The position numbers and the translations under genes are program-made. The notes under the pieces are model-generated. The model made no database searches, was not told the DNA's origin, and worked only from the letters and a program-made list of their open reading frames with translations. Shown here piece after piece: positions 1-6,530 of a DNA stretch of 7,034 bases; position 1 is the first letter of the stretch, and each line of letters starts with the position of its first letter. This DNA comes from Octopus sinensis (Eukaryota): positions 1-7,034 of the forward strand of contig NW_021828992.1 of NCBI RefSeq assembly GCF_006345805.1, read 5' to 3'.

Positions 1-2
1 GT

Positions 3-227
3 TAACTCACACATAGTTTGAGATGTATCCGATTCCACTACAGTTTCCAGCTCATCATTATCCACCTTGGTCTCAGGTCTACCATGGGGATGATTTTCAA
101 GAGTAAAGTCACCAGAATGGAACTTCTCAAACCCAATGTACAGTGTCTTATTTGCTGCATCTTCACCAAACACCTTGTTGATGTTTCAAGCTGTCATATT
201 CATAAACAACACAAATTTTTTATCCAT
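3..227 (-). pseudogene. Mariner transposase N-terminal HTH region, inactivated
   Basis: The frame reads MDKKFVLFMNMTA*NINKVFGEDAANKTLYIGFEKFHSGDFTLENHPHGRPETKVDNDELETVVESDTSQTMCEL. This matches the mariner pattern TARNINxVFGE...WFxKFRSGDFxLExxPRGRP. There is an in-frame TGA at 188-186 plus small deletions. Confidence 0.92.
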
Positions 228-392
228 CCATGGGTTCACAAAAATTGATTTACAAGAGAAAACTCACAATATAATCAGACACCATGTATTGCATTTCAAA
301 AAGTGATGATGTAACTCTTCAATGTTGTAAAACAAAGAGTTGTCAAGATAAAACATTAGAGTTAACGACTGTCAAACTTGGTGCATAAGAAA

Positions 393-420
393 ATTGAACA
401 TTTCATTCTTAATGACCTGA
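393..420 (-). repeat. Mariner terminal inverted repeat (about 28 bp); the partner TIR lies outside the window
   Basis: Mos1-like sequence, adjacent TA dinucleotide, and located about 165 bp upstream of the transposase ATG. Confidence 0.8.
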
Positions 421-423
421 TAT

Positions 424-557
424 ATCATCATCATTATCATCATCATCACCATCGTTTAATGTCCACTTTCCATGCTGGCAGGGGTTGGACGGTTTGACTG
501 CAGCAGGCTCCAATCTGATCTGGCATGGTTTCTGCAGCTGGATGCCTTCCTAATGCC
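424..557 (-). mobile_element. 3' portion of a SINE/LINE-type retroposon ending in a (GAT)n tail, 5'-truncated
   Basis: Imperfect (CAT)n at 424-453 on the plus strand. The minus strand reads ...GGAAGGCATCCAGCTGCAGAAACC...CCAGCATGGAAAGTGGACATTAAACGATGGTGATGAT. It resembles a common octopus repeat from memory; family not assigned. Confidence 0.7.
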
Positions 558-558
558 A

Positions 559-785
559 GTGAGCTGGCAGAACCGTTAGCATGCTGGATTGAGTGCTTAG
601 CGGTATTTCGTCTGCCATTACACTCAAAGTTCTAATTCCACTGAAGTTGACTTTGCCTTTCATCCTTTCGGGGTCAATTAAATAAATACTAGTCAAGCAC
701 TAGGGTCAATGTAATCAACTTAATCCCTTTGTCCTGGTTTGTCCCCTGTATGTTTAACCCCCTGTAGGCAATAAAGAAATATATT
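559..785 (+). mobile_element. tRNA-derived SINE, copy 1, near full length
   Basis: A-box-like TGGCAGAACCG (565-575) and B-box-like GTTCTAATTCC (629-639). The 18-mer TTGCCTTTCATCCTTTCG (653-670) is identical to 4542-4559. Ends in an A/T-rich tail. Confidence 0.88.
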
Positions 786-789
786 ATTA

Positions 790-2438
790 TATGCCTCATA
801 GCCAATATTACTACCGATTTTGACATTGTTGTGAGTTTTGATATTAATGGTTATTTAGTTACCATGGTTGCTAATAAAGACTTTGTTTACCTTATTTGTG
901 CTGCCATCATCATTACTAATACCAAGACCATCAATCACCACGTTATGATTTACCCCACTAGGAATTTTATAACATCATTATAGTCACTAGATGTTGGGTT
1001 AGGGAGTACTAAAACAGTAGCTTGGTTAGCAGTATCATTAAGTACATTCAAAGTACTTACACTATTTGGTATTGCAACAGATGGCAGTACAAATTCGGAT
1101 GTAGGAAGGCAAGACCCTGATTCAGCTGAAAGTAGGTCATGACTCCTGCCGGTTTGTATACTCAAGTGATAATCTAATACTGTCATTATTTACAGTTCTA
1201 AATTGTCCACCATCACTACTACTTCTACTAAGTCCAATGCCATTTCTAACATTAGTACTATAATTAGAAGTAGAGCTATTACTGGGACACTTCGAATGTG
1301 TTACTCTTGTTATTAATATTCATATTTCCAATTTTTACTGCTATTTTATAGTTACGGGCTAATGCAATATTTCTTTTATACAGACCTACCATTATCATGC
1401 CTAGCTTTGGGTGGGTAGAGTACAAACCCCTAATTTTCCTGCTAGAGAATATATGGCTGTTTCTGTGAGTGGGTGAAATTCTTTCCTAATATCTGGAATA
1501 GTTTATTATAGATATTTGTTGCTATTGCATAATTGAAAGGGGGATCAAAGCAGATTACATCATCATTGCTTTGTCCGTTATAGTAATGTCTACTAGAATT
1601 CCTGAACTTACAGTTGATTCTTAACCTATGTAATATATCCTTATTTTTATTACTATTATTATTGCCACTGTTAATATTAATATTTTAGCACTCATATTCA
1701 CCTTGTTGTCAATGGTGTTATTACTATCATCTATTTTACCTCCGTTATTTAAATATTTATAGTTGTAATTTTTACCATGAATTGTATTACCACTGCTAAA
1801 ATCATTTCTACCCGATTAAATTTCTGGTCAATTTAGCCTTATGTTCTTTGGTGTCATATCTATACAGTTTAAGCAAGTCATTGCATTAGTTAATATTGCT
1901 AATACCTAGTATCACCTCAGATTCAGATTTACCATTACTTAGTTGTTGATTTACTAATGTACCACAATAGGTTGCCCTATCAACCATGGGAGCAAACAGA
2001 ATATTTTGCTTATAGTCTACTTTAGACAGATCAGAGTTATAATAATGGGCATTTATTAAATACATCCACACTAGCATAGAGCTGTGTTATCCTATCAGAT
2101 ATTCCCTTTACCAATGATTTTATCACACAAGAGTGATGATTGGATAATTGGTTAATACACGTAGTAATTTCATGCGGTTTTCCATAGGGGTAATACAAAC
2201 CAGATTTAAGGTCTAGTGTTATACCTAAGAAATTGACTATTGTATTCAAAAGTTAATTCTAGGTAATAATTTTTAAAAAAATAATTTACTATTATTAGAG
2301 ATAACAAATAAAGTGTCACCCCTGTACATACCACTATGAAGATTAGGAAATATATTCTTGAGACAGTGTAGGAGGTTAGATACCAATGAGATCAGTGACC
2401 TGGGCCAGATTACTAGATCCCATGGCAATATCAAAATT
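790..2438 (-). mobile_element. Penelope-like retroelement (PLE) RT fragment, degenerate; GIY-YIG endonuclease not visible
   Basis: Across frameshifts: NFDIAMGSSNLAQVTDLIGI (2438-2379); LLHCLKNIFPNLHSGMYRGD, with the catalytic YRDD mutated to YRGD (2326-2315); thumb VNFLGITLDLKSGLYYPYGKP...SNHHSCVIKSLVKGISDRITQL (ORF 2249-2037); YYNSDLSKVDYKQNILF; VICFDPPFNYAIATNIYNKLFQILGKNF (from 1558); HIFSSRKIRGLYSTHPKLGMIM. These follow the PLE order FDVxMGS / YRDD / NFLD / SNHP / IIWFNPPF. The left boundary is approximate. Confidence 0.92.
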
Positions 2439-2540
2439 GTTGGTGATGTCAAACTACACTTTCAATCCTCAAAATGCATGAGGACAAATATATTTGTGAA
2501 TTACTAACATCACGCCCTGGAGAAATGAATGAAATGACAG

Positions 2541-2609
2541 GTGAATTTACACAACTAAACATTCTTCTTCTTATTTTTCTTTCTTTTTTCTTCTTTTTCC
2601 TTTTACCAG
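2541..2609 (+). other. Candidate 69-nt spliceosomal GT-AG intron
   Basis: Donor CAG|GTGAAT at 2540/2541, branch-point-like CTAAAC (2555-2560), an almost pure pyrimidine tract from about 2562 to 2604, and acceptor ACCAG|TT at 2609/2610. Confidence 0.55.
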
Positions 2610-2671
2610 TTATGAAGGTAAAAACTGATGATGCCATTCTATCTAAATAGGAACACAGGATCTCCTCATAT

Positions 2672-2716
2672 TTTGAACCTGAAGAAGACAGTAAATCTGT
2701 TGAAATATTGTTCAAA
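2672..2716 (+). ncRNA. Minimal type I hammerhead ribozyme, PLE pseudo-LTR type
   Basis: Stem I TTTGAAC (2672-2678) / GTTCAAA (2710-2716), 7 perfect bp. Core CTGAAGA (2679-2685) plus one extra A. Stem II GACAG / CTGTT with a TAAAT loop (2687-2701). GAAA at 2702-2705. Palindromic AATATT in place of stem III. Predicted cleavage after the AUU triplet at 2709. Confidence 0.8.
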
Positions 2717-2722
2717 CTGTTA

Positions 2723-2728
2723 AATAAA
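2723..2728 (+). promoter_or_regulatory. Candidate polyadenylation signal AATAAA
   Basis: The hexamer starts 7 nt after the hammerhead, a position I associate with PLE pseudo-LTRs. AATAAA is common by chance in AT-rich DNA. Confidence 0.4.
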
Positions 2729-2827
2729 CGATCTATTACAAATTGCATCATGCTCTTCTTATTGTCTATTTACTTTGTGAAGAGTTACATCAATCTTTAT
2801 AAATTAGTAATAATGTACCTTAACAGT

Positions 2828-4465
2828 ATTGTTGTTATTATTCAACATTTGATTGTTTCAAGCAAATTTCTACTTCATCACTTGTTACCCCTCCATATTC
2901 TTGAGGTGCGTGCAGCATTGTGTGTTCTCGTTTTTGTTGGTGCTGCAGGAGTACAGACTCTTTCCTGCATTGTGCTGCATTTGTTATGGAGTTTGGCTTG
3001 AGTCTTTTGTTGTATTAGTGTTTGTATTGTGTGTAATATGGGTTGTGTTCTGTTTAGTATCTGATCTATAGAGTATTAGTTATGGGGCTTGTTTATTTTA
3101 TTACATATCTACTGTGTTGAGTGCATCTTGTGTTTGTGGATTATTTTATTTGGGTTGTGCTATTGAATTGGTAGTATCTTGCTTAGGATACGGCCTATTC
3201 CTTGTCAGGATATTTTTTGGTTAATGTATAGTGTTGTGGGTCCAGGTATGACTTCTACATTTTTTATCACACCTAATGCTTCAGTTATTACTTGTAGTGT
3301 TGGCATATTGCCCAGTGGATATAACCACTTAATCATGTCTGTATATATCAAAGGCAACTCCGGGTCATCAATGTCACTTGGGCTCATCACAGATTTCGTC
3401 ACTCTGGCTCATCGCAGATTTTGCATAAGACATGGCTGCTCAAAGAATTTCATGTTTTTCTGCAGCATTTCTAGCCCCAAATGGCTTATTTCTTATATCT
3501 AGCACTATGTCTTTCTCCATTTCTAAGTTAAGGGTAAAAATAAAGCAACCCTGCAAAACAAAACTGAACAGATGCAAAGAATAACAGCAATCGAATAACG
3601 ACAGCAGAGTGCACAACAAACATCAGTGATCTGACTGGCCAGTACTCTTGACAGTTTATTTTTGTCTTTCTACAGTCCTCTATAATGGATCCATTCACCA
3701 GTAGCTGCTCTTTACAGCCATACATCTCTTTCCAGCATCTCTTTTGTTTCTGGTAAAACACTGTTCTTTTCCATGTGTGTTACAGATTGGTTATAGATAA
3801 CTGATGTGAGGGTTTTATAAGTTGTTGATAGGCATGTTATTAGCCTATAATTTTGTTGGTGTATGATATTTTTGGTATTAGAATGGTTTTCCCTTCCAGT
3901 ATCCAGTTCAGTGTTCATCCGGCTTGCTTATTATCAAGTTAAATACTGCTGCTATTGGGTATGGGTACTGGTAAGGTGTTTCAACCAAAAGTTGGGGACC
4001 TTGTCTACCTCTGCTATTTTCCAGTTACTGGTACTCCTCAGCGTGTCTGTGATCTCTCGGTTTGTGAAAGTGGGCCATGTTTATGGTGCTATTTTTCTTT
4101 TCCTTTCCTTTTCCCTATTTATCTATTGAGCATTTTTGTTGTGTTGTTTTTGTTTGCTCCATATTCCTTCCCAGTATGATTGAATTTCTGATGTTGGCAT
4201 GTCACATATTGGTATGTTTTTTTTTTTTCTGTTTAAGTTTTTCTATGTATTTTTGTTGGAAACATTTGCATTTTTCATACTATTATTTGAAGCAAGTTTT
4301 TGTTACTATGCTCTACTTAGATTTTTCTTTTACCTCCCAGGTATCTTTGATATGTTGTATTTTTTATGTAGGTATTCTTTTTCTTTTTCGATCCCTCTTT
4401 AATTCACAAAATAAGGATAAGTTTTTCCTTTTTTTTAATTTTGTTTATTATATTCTCTTTATTAT
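2828..4465 (-). mobile_element. R4/Dong/NeSL-like non-LTR retrotransposon (RLE endonuclease type), 5'-truncated, with several internal deletions
   Basis: Minus-strand fragments in the expected order: EIQSYWEGIWSKQKQHNKNA; EITDTLRSTSNWKIAEVDKVPNFWLKHLTS; WILEGKTILIPK; NYRLITCLSTTYKTLTSVI...MEKNSVLPE; QKRCWKEMYGCKEQLLVNGSIIEDCRK (RT N-terminal part); CKIC...RHD...YIHWAICQHYK (zinc-knuckle region, 3425-3291); VITEALGVIK...IPGPTTLYINQKIS*QGIGRILSKIL (RLE C-terminus, to about 3170). Then an A/C-rich 3' UTR and an AAT/AAC tail (about 2828-2842). Confidence 0.9.
3373..3422. repeat. 25-bp tandem duplication inside the LINE zinc-knuckle region
   Basis: GTCACTTGGGCTCATCACAGATTTC (3373-3397) versus GTCACTCTGGCTCATCGCAGATTTT (3398-3422), 21/25 identical. 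Confidence 0.85.
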
Positions 4466-4682
4466 TAGCACACCTGGTCAAATGCTTAGCATCATTTCAT
4501 CCAACCTTACATTCTGAGTTCAAATTCTGCTGTTGTTGACCTTGCCTTTCATCCTTTCGAGGTCAATAAAATAAGTACCAGTCAAGTGCTGGAGTTAACA
4601 TAATCGACTAACCTCCTCCCCCAAAATGTCAGGCATTGTGCCTACAATAGAAAAGATTATTATTATTATTATTATTATTATT
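4466..4682 (+). mobile_element. tRNA-derived SINE, copy 2; A box truncated; (ATT)n tail
   Basis: B box GTTCAAATTC (4518-4527), core shared with copy 1, and 3' tail ...GGCATTGTGCCTACAATAGAAAAG followed by (ATT)9. It abuts the 5'-truncated end of the RLE LINE. Confidence 0.88.
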
Positions 4683-4700
4683 ATCATCATCATCATCATC
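4656..4700. repeat. Compound microsatellite (ATT)9(ATC)6
   Basis: Read directly: ATT x9 at 4656-4682, ATC x6 at 4683-4700. Confidence 0.97.
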
Positions 4701-4704
4701 GATA

Positions 4705-4920
4705 AAGTGGAAAGCTGACTAAATCATTAATAAGCCAGACAAAATGCTTAGTGTCATTTCATTTGTCTTTATATTCTGAGTTCAAATTCCATGTTGGTCA
4801 ATTTTGCTATTTATTCTTTTGAAGTCAATATAATTAGTACCAGTTACACCCTGAGGTTGAGTAGTCCCATGCCTCTAACTTCTATCGTTGTACCTTTAGT
4901 TGAAAGGGTTATTATTATTT
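4705..4920 (+). mobile_element. tRNA-derived SINE, copy 3, more diverged, head-to-tail with copy 2
   Basis: AAAATGCTTAG and TTCTGAGTTCAAATTCC (B box 4780-4790), AGTACCAGT, and a tail GAAAGGGTTTATTATTATT. Aligns by eye to copy 2. Confidence 0.82.
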
Positions 4921-4974
4921 GTCATATTTAAATTATTATTTAGTCTTTTTACATTATAGTTTTTTTATCATAAT

Positions 4975-5130
4975 TTTATGTGTGTTCATGCATATGTATT
5001 TATGTGTGTGTGCACTTGCATGTGTATGTATATACTAATGTACTAAAAAGTTTGTATAGTTTATTTGTTTATGTTAATAACCCTTACATGTGTGTGAATA
5101 TGTACTTTTGCCTTTGTACATGTGTTTGTC
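4975..5130. repeat. Degenerate (TG)n/(TA)n/(TATG)n low-complexity tract
   Basis: Alternating purine-pyrimidine runs. The plus-strand ORF 4980..5201 is a compositional artefact (C/V/Y/I-rich). Confidence 0.8.
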
Positions 5131-5198
5131 AGCATTCACGTTTTAAGGATTGCCTGTATACTATTTCACTTATCAATATGACAATGTATCCTAACATA

Positions 5199-5379
5199 TG
5201 AGGGGGTGCTAAAAAGTTCCTAACTTTAAGGGTATTGTGAAAGGCCTGGTTGGAGGCCCAACCTTCTGAGTTCTTTTACAGAGGTTAGAAAAACTAAAGG
5301 ACTGTTGCAATAAGGGTGTGAATCTTGAATAAAATCCTAATCAACTTATCCTCCTGTATCTTCTGTATTTTCAGCACCC
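5199..5379 (+). mobile_element. Mariner-derived MITE retaining the transposase C-terminus
   Basis: TA|TGAGGGGGTGCTAAAAAGTTCC at the left end and a partly deleted inverted end TTTTCAGCACCC|TA (5368-5381) at the right. The interior reads WLEAQPSEFFYRG, then after a frameshift LEKLKDCCNKGVNLE*. This matches the mariner ending WLxxQPxEFYxxGIxKLxxRWxKCVxxxGxYVE*. Confidence 0.88.
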
Positions 5380-5381
5380 TA

Positions 5382-5597
5382 TATCTATGTATAGATGTGT
5401 GAGTATGCATGAGTTTTTAAATATGTGTTTATGTAAGTAAAAGTATATGGACTTATGTACATATATTTATATACATATATAAAAAGGTTTTGTGTATGAT
5501 TATGTATGCATGTATATTTGTACATATATAGAGGTATATATTTGTGTTTGCTTACATATATGAGTTAATATGTATATATGTATGTGTGTGTGTATAT
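5382..5597. repeat. Degenerate (TA)n/(TATG)n/(TG)n low-complexity tract
   Basis: Direct reading; continues the tract interrupted by the MITE. Confidence 0.85.
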
Positions 5598-5607
5598 AAG
5601 ACACCCA

Positions 5608-5972
5608 TTGTTAATGTCAAAGGCTTTACTTCCACACACGCCAGCTTAATTTAATTCGTCCTTAGTTGAAGATATCCGTTGTTAATGTCCTGTTATTTGT
5701 ATTTATGTACTATTTCTTGTTTTTTTTTCAGTCCTTGTTTTCGTATACATTCGCTGCTTTCTTCCAAGAAATTTAGTGCTCTTAGATTAGTTTTTCCTTG
5801 GGGCTGGCCAGATTGGAGCAATCTCGAATATAACAAGCCAAAATTGCAAAAATAATCTGAAACTCTGAATGATCCATCCTTGTTTTCTTTGTATTGTCTG
5901 TCTGGATGTTTTTTTGTCCCATTTTTTTGCATCACCTAACTGGATGTTTTGCGCTCTTGTCCCATTTTTGTA
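5608..5972. repeat. Unclassified repeat-like block with three pairs of short direct repeats
   Basis: TTGTTAATGTC (5608 and 5679), TCCTTGTTTTC (5732 and 5877), and CTGGATGTTTT...TGTCCCATTTTT (5902 and 5940). It resembles an octopus interspersed repeat from memory; class unknown. Confidence 0.5.
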
Positions 5973-6177
5973 TTTAATATATATATATAGGGGTAAAATA
6001 TGAAAGGAATATGTGGAGCAGATATTAACAGTAGATTGTTCCTGAGAAACATCTGCAACACCAAAATGATCTCTATAAAATTCACTGAATTAATGATGAA
6101 ACCTATAAATGCTCAAGAGTAACTAAAAGTTGATCTTAAGAATATACTCATCCACTGATAAGTGTGAATGATATATA

Positions 6178-6530
6178 TCTTTTTATCTTTTCCTTGTTTC
6201 AGGTACCACCTTGGAAAATTTAGTCGAATGAATCAACCCAGTACTTTTTCCTTTTTCTTCTAAGCCTGATACTTATTCTATTGGTCTCCTGGCTGAACTG
6301 CTAAGTTATGGGACATAAACACACCAACACCAGTTATCAAGTGATGGGGGGGGGGCAAACACTGACACAAAGACACATACAATGAGCTTCTTTCAGTTCT
6401 GTGTACCAACCCACTCACAAGGCTTTGGTTGACCTGAGGTTATAAGAAAGACACTTGCTCAAATGCCACGCAGTGGGACTGAACCTGGAACCATGTGACA
6501 GGGAAGCAAGCTTCTTACTACACTGTGCCT
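6178..6530 (-). mobile_element. tRNA-derived SINE of a different family
   Basis: The minus-strand head has B box GGTTCAGTCCC (6485-6475) and an eroded A box (GTGTAGTAAG). Central segment AAAGCCTTGTGAGTGGGTTGGTACACAGAACTGAAAGAAGC. A-rich tail GAAACAAGGAAAAGATAAAAAG. Confidence 0.88.

Larger units (their letters stand above)
1..420 (-). mobile_element. Mariner (Tc1/mariner) DNA transposon, 5' end, degenerate; continues beyond the window's left edge
   Basis: Minus strand from 420 begins TCAGGTCATTAAGAATGAAATGTT, which resembles the Mos1 TIR (TCAGGTGTACAAGTATGAAATGTC, from memory). It is flanked by TA at 421-422 and followed by a transposase N-terminus starting at 227. Confidence 0.9.

Noticed and set aside
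18-248. Plus-strand 76-aa ORF
   Set aside because: Antisense shadow of the mariner transposase fragment.
1113-1140. GACC-CTGATTCAGCTGAAAGTA-GGTC hammerhead look-alike
   Set aside because: Lacks the G8-A9 of the CUGANGA core and a real stem II, and lies antisense inside the PLE linker.
2510-2544. Possible second hammerhead (CTGGAGA...GAAA)
   Set aside because: The conserved A6 is changed, stem II is only about 2 bp, stem I is imperfect and there is no NUH triplet.
2449-2751. Minus-strand 100-aa ORF with a KRKKKKKERKIRRR NLS-like run
   Set aside because: The basic run is just the complement of the pyrimidine tract. There is no convincing RT motif; LDRM...FIT is only a faint resemblance to the PLE N-terminus.
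2708-2760. LLNKRS...C resembling the extreme C-terminus of PLE GIY-YIG proteins
   Set aside because: NK can arise from the AATAAA hexamer, and the upstream CxLCxxEK motif is absent. Not supportable without an alignment.
2828-2842. Idea that the RLE LINE is the partner of the (ATT)n-tailed SINEs
   Set aside because: Only the simple-repeat tails are alike. I see no similarity between the LINE 3' UTR and the SINE tails.
2853-4517. Several hydrophobic plus-strand ORFs (up to 146 aa) that look like membrane proteins
   Set aside because: They are F/L/V/C-rich only because they are antisense to the A-rich LINE.
4980-5201. Plus-strand 73-aa Cys-rich ORF
   Set aside because: Translation of the TG/TA microsatellite.
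6000-6122. 40-aa plus-strand ORF and a weak GCAGAT/ATCTGC hairpin
   Set aside because: Short, no recognisable motif or clear splice context, and the pairing is within chance expectation.
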